Positions 18,857 through 27,884 of a stretch of DNA of 64,000 nucleotides are shown here, piece by piece. Each line of letters opens with the position of its first letter. Position 1 is the first letter of the stretch. Both the position numbers and the translations under genes were made by a program. This stretch comes from Patescibacteria group bacterium (lineage in GTDB: Bacteria > Patescibacteriota > Microgenomatia > Levybacterales > GWA1-39-11): positions 1,910-65,909 of the forward strand of contig DASZRG010000043.1 of the NCBI GenBank assembly GCA_035549295.1. The letters run 5' to 3'. Below the pieces are notes generated by a model, which worked only from the letters and a program-made list of their open reading frames with translations, had not been told where the DNA came from and made no database searches.

Positions 18857-19753
18857 TTATTGTTCATTTGCAACTCTTTCAAGATCTTGACCATTAATCT
18901 TGCCCATTTTAATACTATCTGTTACAAGTCTATTTGAAGGATTTGCTGTTTCTAGGATCACTTCTTCAGTTACGCGCACACCGAATTGACCTAATTTATC
19001 GGTTAGGTTTCTGTGAGTATCTCCTATTGTAATTAGAACCTTTAGCTGTCCCAAACTTAATTTTTGAAGTAAATCTGGATCTTTTTCGACTAAGGACGCT
19101 ATTTGTTGACCAAATTGACCTACCATAAACCATTCCCTTAAAGACTCAAATGCAACTGTATTTATAATTTTAGCCTTTTCCACTTCTGAGCCTTGTCCAG
19201 TAATTCCATAAATAACATCTCCTTGCTCTATCATCCCGCTTCTTAACTCATCTCCCTCTTCATTATCTACATCAAAAAAGCTTACTCTTGTCTGTGTGCC
19301 AGAAATTGCATCTGCAATTCTGCGATTAAAGGGGTACTGAACAAAATCTTGAACATCCCTATTATCCTGTGCCGATTCACCCGTATCTGCAAGAAAATCT
19401 AAACCTTCTTGTAAATTTTTAGTCCAGCCAAGTCCTTCAAGTAAATAGATATCTGCATCGCTAACTTGCTGCTCATAGCTTTGGTCGCCTAATTCCTCAG
19501 GCGTAGCATGTCTTCCGTATCTAATATGAGTATGGATACCTTGACCAAATTCACTTAAGAACTGGTAACCCTGGCCTAATTCTTCATCTTCTTGCAATCT
19601 ACTAGGAGGCACCAAAGGCGAAATTCTCTCTTTCTTTTGTGGTTCTTGAATAACATAATCTCCGTTTTCCTTAAAAAAGGAATTATTATGCCATGCCACT
19701 TGCGCATCAAGTCTACTATGTATACCTTGCTCAGCTGTATCGTCAATACTCAT
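18857..19753 (-). CDS. Hypothetical protein, possible Tiki/TraB/EreA/ChaN superfamily
   Basis: Ordered motifs YGRH, DIYLLEG, REWFM, ITIGDTH. Confidence 0.55.
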   Translation of the reverse strand: MSIDDTAEQGIHSRLDAQVAWHNNSFFKENGDYVIQEPQKKERISPLVPPSRLQEDEELGQGYQFLSEFGQGIHTHIRYGRHATPEELGDQSYEQQVSDADIYLLEGLGWTKNLQEGLDFLADTGESAQDNRDVQDFVQYPFNRRIADAISGTQTRVSFFDVDNEEGDELRSGMIEQGDVIYGITGQGSEVEKAKIINTVAFESLREWFMVGQFGQQIASLVEKDPDLLQKLSLGQLKVLITIGDTHRNLTDKLGQFGVRVTEEVILETANPSNRLVTDSIKMGKINGQDLERVANEQ

Positions 19754-19848
19754 GTTCTCAATATAACATAGGTTTTATATAAAGATTTAAAAATTCTAGA
19801 ATTTAGCTTAAAATTGTAACACTAAAGGAATTTGAATTGATTTATATA

Positions 19849-20388
19849 TTAATTTTTGTCGGGGACGAATTTGAGGGCGATGGAATTCATGCAATAGCGC
19901 TTGCCTGTGGGCTGTGGGCCATCGTCAAAGACGTGGCCCAAGTGGCCGCCGCATTTATCAAGAACTTCTATTCTTGGCTCGCCAGGAATACTATCATCTT
20001 CGCGAAGGACTAATGCATCAAGCTTAATAGGTGCCCAAAATGATGGCCAGCCAGTACCGGAGTCATATTTTTGCTCAGAGCGGAAAACAGGCTCGTTACA
20101 ACCAACGCTGTAATATGTTCCTTTTCGAGTCTCGTGATCTAGCGCTCCAGTAAAGGGCACTTCTGTCCCGGCCTGCCTGAGTATATTGAACTGCTCAGGA
20201 GTCAAGATTTTTTTCCACTCGGCGTCAGACTTGAACTCTGATTTGTCGAAGGATCCGGAGATGATCTTGGCGGTGCTCGCTGAGTTAGAGGTATTAGGAA
20301 TGTTAGTATTGTTAGAAACGAACCTTAGATAAACTAAAACACCGATAAGTACGAAAGCGACTGCGATAAAGGGTAGCTTGTTTTTCAT
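19849..20388 (-). CDS. msrB: Membrane-anchored/secreted MsrB
   Basis: N-terminal TM helix, [29 protein letters not shown]. Confidence 0.93.
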   Translation of the reverse strand: MKNKLPFIAVAFVLIGVLVYLRFVSNNTNIPNTSNSASTAKIISGSFDKSEFKSDAEWKKILTPEQFNILRQAGTEVPFTGALDHETRKGTYYSVGCNEPVFRSEQKYDSGTGWPSFWAPIKLDALVLREDDSIPGEPRIEVLDKCGGHLGHVFDDGPQPTGKRYCMNSIALKFVPDKN

Positions 20389-20615
20389 GATGAGCATTTA
20401 CCTCCTGGTGCGCAAACGCCCCGGGGCATACTTGATGGCGATGCATGCGAACAATTTTCAACATTATCACACAAAAGCTTGGGTTTGCTGTGAATGAGGG
20501 CTTGTCTGTTGTTTATCTTCTGACTTAGAAAGAATAAAACCAAAGCAGAAAATATGATTAGAAGAAATAAAAATAAGTTGTTGTTTGATTTATTTTTTTC
20601 CTGCTTTTTCGTCAT
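20385..20615 (-). CDS. Small membrane protein with four Cys
   Basis: TM helix; TATACT 6 nt upstream; overlaps the msrB start. Confidence 0.65.
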   Translation of the reverse strand: MTKKQEKNKSNNNLFLFLLIIFSALVLFFLSQKINNRQALIHSKPKLLCDNVENCSHASPSSMPRGVCAPGGKCSS

Positions 20616-20667
20616 GTATAGAGTATACCAATAAACAAATGTTAAAGGGTTAACGAATAAATTGTCT

Positions 20668-20712
20668 GATTCTGGACTTCCTCATTGCTTCGCAATGAGT
20701 CGCCAGAATGAC
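20668..20712. repeat. REP-like palindrome (GTCAT family)
   Basis: gattctggac-ttc-ctcattgc-ttc-gcaatgag-tcgccagaatgac. Confidence 0.7.
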
Positions 20713-20800
20713 AATTCGACTAGAGCACATCGATACCCCAATCTCGACCCGACTCTCAAGAATTCGGCAAAACGGAGTGAATATTACGAATACAGAAGAA

Positions 20801-22582
20801 TCAGCCAAATGTAAAAGCAAACACTTGAATTCCTGGGGAGAATTCGAGATGCAGTAAGTGTTGGCCAGGTTTACCATGAAGATTGATCAAATCGTAAAGG
20901 CGATCTTGATCTATTGTCACAGTACCGTTTTTAACATCCGCGCCTGAACTCGAATCATCGACTACCTTACCATCCATCAGCACCTTAACGGATCCATTTC
21001 CGCTCGCCGGCTTGTGCATGACAAGATATACATGTTCTGCGGAAAACTTGTATTCCAAAACTGCATTATTACCGGTAGTTGAGTCTTCATCAGCAACTTG
21101 CCAGTTTCCACCAAAATTAAATGAATTAACCGGAATATCAGGTGCAAGATTTAAGTTTTTTTGATTGCCATTATTTATTGATCCATTTGGATAATAGTAT
21201 TCCATTCTTGAGGTACCAACATAAGTCTCAGGTGAAATCTCCTCAGTCGGGGTCTGGTCGGGCATATTAGATAGAGAGCCAGATATTTTTGCTCCCGATT
21301 CTTTTAGAAGCTCACGTATCGCTTCTTCTGACTGGTCATATTCTCCTTCACCAAAATGAGTTCTTCTGACTACTCCATTTTTGTCTATTAGATATTCCGC
21401 TGGCCAATATTGATTTGAGAAAGCATTCCAAGTCGCATAATCGTTGTCCTGAGCAACTGGATAGTGAATATTGTATTGCTTTATTGCATTTGCGACGTTT
21501 GTCGTATCATGCTCAAATGCAAATTCTGGGGTATGAACACCTATTACAACAAATCCATCATCTTTATATTTGTCATACCACGAAGTGACAAATGGCAGTG
21601 TGCGAATACAATTTATACAGGTGTATGTCCAGAAATCTATAAGAACAACTTTTCCTCGAAGATCTTTGAGTGACAGTACCTGCCTGCCGGCAGGCAGGTT
21701 CAGCCAATGATTTATACCAGTTATTTCTGGTGCCGGATAATTTTCATTGAGCAGACCATTAGTGCTTGGAGAAGTTGGCATCGGACTAAAAGGTTGTCCC
21801 ACAATATTTTTGTTTTGACTATTCCCTTTTATACTGTTCAGCTGAGATGTAACCGCAGAGTTGCTTTCGATACTAGTTATGAAGTTTGAATATGAAGGAA
21901 TAGCATTTAGAAGGTTTGCTTCAAGAACTTTGTCATAATTTGAAAATATGAGGAGTGCTGTCGCAATAATTATTACTCCAAAAATTTTCTGGAGATTTCC
22001 TGTATATTTATTAAGTGATCTACTCTTTTGCACAAATCTTTGTCCGGCGTATGAGAAAAGAAACAGTGGAATTCCAACACCTACAAGATAAACAAAAGTT
22101 ACAAGAATAATACTTGCCCCAACTGTGCGAGTCGCAGAAAGCGTTGCAATAGTTGCAAGAATTGGACCTGCACATGGAGCCCAAACAACACCTAGCGCAA
22201 GACCCGAAATAAAACCAGGTAAAAAGCCTCCCGCGAAGCGGGATCCGGCTCCGCCGGATAATTTTCCTGCAAACCCAGACACAAATCCCTCGACAATTCT
22301 AGTCAAGCTTGGAATAACCATTGTTGCACCCAAAAATAGAAGTATTAGAACAGCAACAATTCTTAAAATATTTGGATCAAAACCAAATAATTTAACAAGA
22401 TACGAAATTGATAAAGTTATAAAACCGAAAGAAAGAAGTATTCCAAGTGTTAAACCGAACGGTCTTCTGTGATCACCTCCGGCTGCCGCAGATGAGAGAA
22501 CAATAGGAAGGAGAGGCCATATACATGGGGCAGCAATCGTTACCAGACCAGATAGAAATGCAAAAAACAAAAGAATAACCAT
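20801..22582 (-). CDS. dipZ: DipZ (CcdA-like TM domain plus thioredoxin domain)
   Basis: APCIWP, WAPCAGP, DFWTYTCINC, GVHTPEF. Confidence 0.92.
   Translation of the reverse strand: MVILLFFAFLSGLVTIAAPCIWPLLPIVLSSAAAGGDHRRPFGLTLGILLSFGFITLSISYLVKLFGFDPNILRIVAVLILLFLGATMVIPSLTRIVEGFVSGFAGKLSGGAGSRFAGGFLPGFISGLALGVVWAPCAGPILATIATLSATRTVGASIILVTFVYLVGVGIPLFLFSYAGQRFVQKSRSLNKYTGNLQKIFGVIIIATALLIFSNYDKVLEANLLNAIPSYSNFITSIESNSAVTSQLNSIKGNSQNKNIVGQPFSPMPTSPSTNGLLNENYPAPEITGINHWLNLPAGRQVLSLKDLRGKVVLIDFWTYTCINCIRTLPFVTSWYDKYKDDGFVVIGVHTPEFAFEHDTTNVANAIKQYNIHYPVAQDNDYATWNAFSNQYWPAEYLIDKNGVVRRTHFGEGEYDQSEEAIRELLKESGAKISGSLSNMPDQTPTEEISPETYVGTSRMEYYYPNGSINNGNQKNLNLAPDIPVNSFNFGGNWQVADEDSTTGNNAVLEYKFSAEHVYLVMHKPASGNGSVKVLMDGKVVDDSSSGADVKNGTVTIDQDRLYDLINLHGKPGQHLLHLEFSPGIQVFAFTFG
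21678..21699. repeat. Perfect 22-bp palindrome inside dipZ
   Basis: acctgcctgccggcaggcaggt, encodes LPAGRQ. Confidence 0.85.
22229..22259. repeat. GC-rich double hairpin inside dipZ
   Basis: tcccgc-gaa-gcggga and atccggc-tcc-gccggat, encodes SGGAGSRFAG. Confidence 0.6.
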
Positions 22583-22647
22583 AACTACGTAATACCCTCT
22601 GATAATCCCGCGTCATAACGATCGGCGGTCGGGATCATCGCAAAATA

Positions 22648-23148
22648 TTATTTTGCAACGTGCCATATACCACCAATTCCGTCACCATATGCATCGCCAG
22701 AATCTTTGTCTTTTTCGTAGTAATACAATGGCTTTCCATCCCATGCATATTGGGTAGATCCATCGTCACGCTTGATAGTTGATAGATGTACTGGCATAGG
22801 AGATGGAGCGGCTCCAGTCATAAGATATGGCGGCCAAATTGTCGCGCATTGACCGGTACAATTACTCTTTGTGGCAGTATCTTTATCATATGTATAAAGA
22901 GTCATGTTTTTTGAGTCTGCTGCGATCTCGCCGAGCTTAGCATCCTTCTTCATCATTACAGCACTTTCCTGTGGAACTGCAGTGGGAGTCGGCTGCGCTG
23001 TCATTTTTGCATCTTCAACCATTTTCTGAGCTTCCATCTTGTAGGCTTCCATCTTGTCGGTTGCTCTCTGCCTTTCAACCAAAAAACCGACAAGACCACC
23101 TATCAAAAATGCAACAACGACCAATATCCAAGTTGTTGTTTTATTCAT
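22648..23148 (-). CDS. COG4315-like Yx(FWY)xxD-motif secreted protein
   Basis: TLYTYDKD, CTGQCATIWPP, GKPLYYYEKD, GDGIGGIWH; GGAGGTGA RBS. Confidence 0.88.
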   Translation of the reverse strand: MNKTTTWILVVVAFLIGGLVGFLVERQRATDKMEAYKMEAQKMVEDAKMTAQPTPTAVPQESAVMMKKDAKLGEIAADSKNMTLYTYDKDTATKSNCTGQCATIWPPYLMTGAAPSPMPVHLSTIKRDDGSTQYAWDGKPLYYYEKDKDSGDAYGDGIGGIWHVAK

Positions 23149-23297
23149 ACTAATTCACCTCCCATCTGAGAGAATTATTTTTTAAAAATATCACGGGCAG
23201 GAAGAATGACCTTAGTAAAGCAAAATAGGCACGATATGTCAACTTGCAAATCAGTGTTTAAAACGTTATAAACAAGAATAATACAAATCAGATATAC

Positions 23298-23681
23298 ATG
23301 ATAAAAGGCATTGATTCAATACTTATAGGAAGCAGTAACGCAGCAAAACTTGCTGAATTTTATCGCGAAGTAGTTGGGCTCAAACAAACAATGGAATTTG
23401 AAATGGGCGAAAATGGTGAAAGCGGATTTTCATTTCAAGTAGGCGACCAATCTCTTGCGATCCTTGATCATTCTGAAGTTGTCGGTAAAAACAAAGCTCC
23501 TGGAAGACTTATCATCAACTTTGAAGTAAGCGATATTGAAAAAGAAGTTGCACGACTTGAAAGGCAGGATGTAAAGAAACAACAGGATATATATCATGTA
23601 GAAGGATATGGACTTATTGCGACATTTATAGATCCCGATGGCAACTATTTTCAAGTTGTTCAAATAAAAGCCGCGAATTAG
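23298..23681 (+). CDS. VOC/glyoxalase family protein
   Basis: AEFYREVVGL, INFEVSDI, FIDPDGN. Confidence 0.9.
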   Translation: MIKGIDSILIGSSNAAKLAEFYREVVGLKQTMEFEMGENGESGFSFQVGDQSLAILDHSEVVGKNKAPGRLIINFEVSDIEKEVARLERQDVKKQQDIYHVEGYGLIATFIDPDGNYFQVVQIKAAN

Positions 23682-23754
23682 TTGAAAATTAATTCAAAAT
23701 CTTCAATACTGTGCTTGCAAAATATGATTTAGATGTTATTATATTTTGTGTCCT

Positions 23755-24381
23755 ATGGAAGAAGATCAACCTAGTGAAATTTTTCAGGCCCCCCCAGAAT
23801 ACCAAAGCAGACTCTCGCGTCAAAATTCCGGCGGATCTGGCAAACGCTATCTTATAATCATAATCTTTATTGTTGTCCTTGTTGTAATAATTTTAGGAGT
23901 ATTTAAATTCTTACGAGGAGGAAAAAATACAGACGCAGATATTATGCCAACGCCAACCTCTGAAATTGCTCCTTCAGATACTCCTTCACCAACTCCTATT
24001 AACGGCAGTCCAACACCAACTGGTGCAGTTTCGACCACCCCAAGCCCTTCCACTACTCCGGGCGCATCATCAAGTATCGACAAAGCTACAGGTCTTGATA
24101 GAAGCAAACTAGCAATACATGTCCTAAATGGAAGCGGCGTGTCTGGTGCGTCAAAAAAAGCTAGCGATTTCCTGGAAGGACTTGGCTATAACGTTGTCGA
24201 ATCAGGAAATGCGGAGAATTTTGACTACGACAACTCGGAAATACAAATAAAGGCAAGCGATAGTAAATATCTTGCTCTTTTGAAAAAAGATGCTTCCTCA
24301 AAATATACGATTGGAAGCACTTCAGCAACCCTGAAAGAATCCGGACGAGACGACGCCGTATTCATCGTTGGAAAAGAGTAA
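23755..24381 (+). CDS. LytR C-terminal domain membrane protein
   Basis: TM helix, Pro/Thr linker, VLNGSGVSGAS...GNA...FIVGKE. Confidence 0.85.
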   Translation: MEEDQPSEIFQAPPEYQSRLSRQNSGGSGKRYLIIIIFIVVLVVIILGVFKFLRGGKNTDADIMPTPTSEIAPSDTPSPTPINGSPTPTGAVSTTPSPSTTPGASSSIDKATGLDRSKLAIHVLNGSGVSGASKKASDFLEGLGYNVVESGNAENFDYDNSEIQIKASDSKYLALLKKDASSKYTIGSTSATLKESGRDDAVFIVGKE

Positions 24382-24384
24382 TTG

Positions 24385-24499
24385 CAAGGGTATCACGGGT
24401 ACCATGGGTATCACGAGTATCACAAGCTATTCATTTTTCAGCAATAACTGTCCACTATAGCACGTGATACTCTTGATACTTGTGATACACTTGATACCT
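24385..24499. repeat. Inverted nonamer-period element
   Basis: caagggtat cacgggtac catgggtat cacgagtat / gtgatactc ttgatactt gtgatacac ttgatacct. Confidence 0.9.
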
Positions 24500-24510
24500 C
24501 TCATATAACC

Positions 24511-25116
24511 ATGTACACTCTTGCCCTTGATCACTTCGAAAAGAATGACCCCATATTATTTGAGGTTTCAAAAAACACAGAACCTTTTGAACTTGAAATA
24601 CATCCATACCCTTTTATCAGACTTCTCAGATCTATAGTTGGACAACAGCTTTCTGTAAAAGCGGCGAGTACTATTTTTGGCCGATTTGAAAATCTTTTTG
24701 AAAACAAAAATATTACACCCACCGGTTTATTAAAAATCACAGATGACAATTTAAGATCGGCGGGAATTTCTTATCAAAAAATTTCTTACCTTAAAGACTT
24801 TGCAAATAAAATAGTTGACGGCGAAGTGGTCCTTGAAAAATTTGCATTACTTGAAAATGAGGAAGTTATCGTAGAACTCACCAAAATAAAAGGCGTAGGC
24901 CGATGGACGGCGGAAATGTATTTGATGTCAACACTTGCGAGACCCGATATTTTTTCATATGGGGATTTGGGACTGCAAAATGCGATAAAAAAACATTATG
25001 GCATGAAGAATAAACCAACGATAAAACAAATGGAAAAACTTTCAAAAAAATGGTCGCCATTTAGAACTTACGCAGCAAGAATTTTGTGGAAAAGTCTTGA
25101 AAATAATCCAATATAA
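24511..25116 (+). CDS. DNA-3-methyladenine glycosylase (AlkA-like, HhH)
   Basis: IVGQQLSVKAA, IKGVGRWTAEM, WSPFRTYA. Confidence 0.93.
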   Translation: MYTLALDHFEKNDPILFEVSKNTEPFELEIHPYPFIRLLRSIVGQQLSVKAASTIFGRFENLFENKNITPTGLLKITDDNLRSAGISYQKISYLKDFANKIVDGEVVLEKFALLENEEVIVELTKIKGVGRWTAEMYLMSTLARPDIFSYGDLGLQNAIKKHYGMKNKPTIKQMEKLSKKWSPFRTYAARILWKSLENNPI

Positions 25117-25120
25117 TGTC

Positions 25121-25678
25121 TTAACTGATTTTTGCAACAATACCCTTAAATTGCATATAAATAACCTGAGCGAGAACTGAAAAGATTAAAACCATTGCCA
25201 TAAGCTCCCAAGAACGAAGCTCGAAAAATCCGTAATAAGCAACCTTTTTTGTATTTGTTACAATTTCCCAGGAATTGATTCTTAATATTCGCCCAAGCAC
25301 CATACCAAATCCGACTAAAAAATTTACAAAATATATAACCTTCATACTATTTTTTTTCTTAAATTTTTCCGCAATCATTCTTTCAAAAGGGTTTAGAGCT
25401 AAAACGAATGTAATAATTCCAAGCACGACGAGCACAAGATACATAAATAAATCCAACAATATATATACCCCACTTATTTTTTGCATATCTTCGAAAAAGT
25501 GATAAATATCGGTCAGCAAATATACTGTATTGGGCAAAAAACCCAACCAAACAACTCCTAAAATAACTCGTGTGATAAGTGACTGAGACTTATACATCAC
25601 TACGGCGATTACGACGGGGAGAAGTGCTAGGAGGATGTTAAAAGACATCCACTGCAAATTAAAAGCTAAAACATCCAT
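25121..25678 (-). CDS. DUF1361-like membrane protein
   Basis: NILLALLP, WLGFLPNTVYLLTD, LGRILRINSW. Confidence 0.85.
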   Translation of the reverse strand: MDVLAFNLQWMSFNILLALLPVVIAVVMYKSQSLITRVILGVVWLGFLPNTVYLLTDIYHFFEDMQKISGVYILLDLFMYLVLVVLGIITFVLALNPFERMIAEKFKKKNSMKVIYFVNFLVGFGMVLGRILRINSWEIVTNTKKVAYYGFFELRSWELMAMVLIFSVLAQVIYMQFKGIVAKIS

Positions 25679-25757
25679 TCAGAGTATCCTGCGAGATCTG
25701 CCAGTTTCGAGGTACATTATATTAGCAGGATTATGTGGATCAGTCAAATTAGCCAAT

Positions 25758-26408
25758 TCAGATCTGGCCGTTTTTTAGTCTTTTTGAAAAATCTTCAAGA
25801 AGCTGCTCGAACGAATTAACAGGAATAACGTTTGCCGGAAGTTCAAGTCCCGCCCAATGCCTAAACACAGCGTTGTTAGTGAAATTTTTCATAACATATG
25901 CCAATACATTAGACGGCAAATTCATACTTACTGCCAAATCATCATCCACCTCAACTACTGAGTAGCCTTCGTCAACTTTAGTTTTAACAGTATTTACCTT
26001 ATATGGCAATGAATGCTTACGACCATCATGGGGATTTAAGTTAAAGTCGTCAATCACACTTCTGTAGCCCCACTTATAAAACCATTGTCTTGTTGTCTCA
26101 TGGTGCCGTGGTTCCCTTCCAGATAGAATATCAACACTTACCGCGCGACCTTCCTGGGCTACAATATTTCTAAAACTCCTAACCATCTCTGCTCCTCCGG
26201 GTTTTGGCATTCTATGTTCATATTTTGAATCGCCATCACCCTGAACTGTCGTTGCACTTAGAGTGTCATGTGCGGTTAATATTGGAACTATTAAATTTGA
26301 TCTTCGGATGAGTTTCCAGGCAGTTGGACCTGGCAACGGAGCATTAACGTGCACTCCATCGGCGTCGTTTTGAAATGAAATAGGACTTGGTAATTCACCG
26401 CTTGGCAT
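25758..26408 (-). CDS. HAD-superfamily-like hypothetical protein
   Basis: DADGV, ILSGR, EVDDD motifs in HAD order. Confidence 0.55.
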   Translation of the reverse strand: MPSGELPSPISFQNDADGVHVNAPLPGPTAWKLIRRSNLIVPILTAHDTLSATTVQGDGDSKYEHRMPKPGGAEMVRSFRNIVAQEGRAVSVDILSGREPRHHETTRQWFYKWGYRSVIDDFNLNPHDGRKHSLPYKVNTVKTKVDEGYSVVEVDDDLAVSMNLPSNVLAYVMKNFTNNAVFRHWAGLELPANVIPVNSFEQLLEDFSKRLKNGQI

Positions 26409-26445
26409 TTCCGGATGGTAACAGAGTCGACTTTAAAAGTCAAAG

Positions 26446-27399
26446 CTAGCTTACAATTTCCACCTCAACTTCCGGCGTAAAGTTGAATGTCTCGACGAAT
26501 TTTTCCTGAATTGCCTTAATTATTGAAAGTACGTCTGTTGCTTTTGCGCCGCCTAGATTGACAATAAAATTTCCATGCTTTGACGAGACCATCGCATTAC
26601 CTACTCTATATTCTGAAAAATTGAGTCTTTTTATCAAATAACCCATAGCAACTTTTCCATACCAATCGCGCTTTATTTTATCTTCTAGATCAGGAAACAC
26701 TTCAATTATTGACTGAGTGTGTTCGGGGTCTGAGATATTTTTGAAAACACTTCCGCAATTTGGATATTCCAGGGGATGGCGAACTCTTCTATACTCCATG
26801 TTGTTAACATAAGTCTGTCTTGCTTTGAGAACCGTTGCATCATCTACTTTTGTAAGTCTGAATTGCGCCGAAATAACTCCAAGTTTTTTCATTTTTACTA
26901 ATGAATTGCGATAAGAAAATTTAAGTTCAAATCTTTTTAAAACTTTGAATTTTGGTTTACCATTTATCACCTCAAATATCTCTACCTCTTTTACGCTATC
27001 CTTTATTTCTCCTCCAAATGCGCCGACATTGCCGCGAATTGCAGCACCTACATCCCCAGGAAGGCCACCTGCCCATTCAAGACCAACGAGGTTATTATTT
27101 AGTGCAAACTTTACAAGATCATCAAGCACAACACCCGCATCTGCCTCTATGATATGTGGTTTTAAGAGTCTTATTTTGCCGGGAACAAAACGAATAACAG
27201 CTCCATCAAAATATTCATCTGTGAAAATGAGATTTGAACCAGTCCCAAGAAAAAATGTTTTGGTAATCTTTTCTCGTTTTAACAACTCAAATACCTTTTT
27301 GATATCATCCTTATTTTCGACATCATATAGATATTTAACTAGTCCACCAATTCGATAGTAAAGGATATCCGATATTTTAAAGTCTGAATAAAGTTTCAT
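26446..27399 (-). CDS. murB: UDP-N-acetylmuramate dehydrogenase
   Basis: LGTGSN, GNVGAFG, CGSVFKN, HGNFIVN, PEVEV. Confidence 0.95.
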   Translation of the reverse strand: MKLYSDFKISDILYYRIGGLVKYLYDVENKDDIKKVFELLKREKITKTFFLGTGSNLIFTDEYFDGAVIRFVPGKIRLLKPHIIEADAGVVLDDLVKFALNNNLVGLEWAGGLPGDVGAAIRGNVGAFGGEIKDSVKEVEIFEVINGKPKFKVLKRFELKFSYRNSLVKMKKLGVISAQFRLTKVDDATVLKARQTYVNNMEYRRVRHPLEYPNCGSVFKNISDPEHTQSIIEVFPDLEDKIKRDWYGKVAMGYLIKRLNFSEYRVGNAMVSSKHGNFIVNLGGAKATDVLSIIKAIQEKFVETFNFTPEVEVEIVS

Positions 27400-27423
27400 A
27401 TCTAGGAAATTCTAGTGCTATTC

Positions 27424-27884
27424 CTAATCAAGCACCAAATTCAAAATAACAAGATCCAAATAATTTTTCAAATATAAATTTTCAAACTATTAAGATTTAT
27501 TTGCTATTGCTGCAAAGATTTTAACAAATTCACTCGCCTCCTGCATTAGAGGTTCCAATTCACGTCTGAAGTCTAAATTTGCGTCTATGAGCAGGTCAAA
27601 CCAATAAACAGTTTCCTTCGACTCTTTTCTACAGATTCTTATCCTAAAAAAGAAATCCTTTTTTGTTTCTGTTTCATTTGCTTCTCGATAATTTGCACCG
27701 ATTGAGGTCGCTGATCTTACAAGTTGATCTATTAGTTTAAAATTAACGGTATTCTTGGGTAAAGAGCTTAAAACTTTAATCGTTTTCTTGCTGAACTCTA
27801 AAGTTCTATCTTCTAAGTCATACTTTTTAATGTTTGATGCTTGAGACATTATTTGGAACTTGGAATTTGGAATTTGATGCTTTA
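27424..27884 (-). mobile_element. Putative four-helix-bundle element bounded by inverted heptamer arms
   Basis: CAA cores spaced 7,7,7,7,12,7,7 mirror TTG cores spaced 7,12,7,7,7,7. Confidence 0.6.
27490..27849 (-). CDS. Four helix bundle protein (23S rRNA IVP / Avd-like family)
   Basis: DLEDRTLEF, QLVRSATSIGANYREA, KESKETVYWF. Confidence 0.93.
   Translation of the reverse strand: MSQASNIKKYDLEDRTLEFSKKTIKVLSSLPKNTVNFKLIDQLVRSATSIGANYREANETETKKDFFFRIRICRKESKETVYWFDLLIDANLDFRRELEPLMQEASEFVKIFAAIANKS

Noticed and set aside
20650-20877. 75-aa ORF downstream of dipZ
   Set aside because: Overlaps the dipZ end and a REP-like palindrome; no coding signal.
23940-24075. Repetitive DNA in the LytR_C gene, and the Gly-rich repeats at 35560-36030
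   Set aside because: Explained by a Pro/Thr/Ser linker and beta-helix protein repeats.
27490-27849. Diversity-generating retroelement (Avd-like gene)
   Set aside because: No reverse transcriptase or TR/VR pair with adenine-specific differences in the window.
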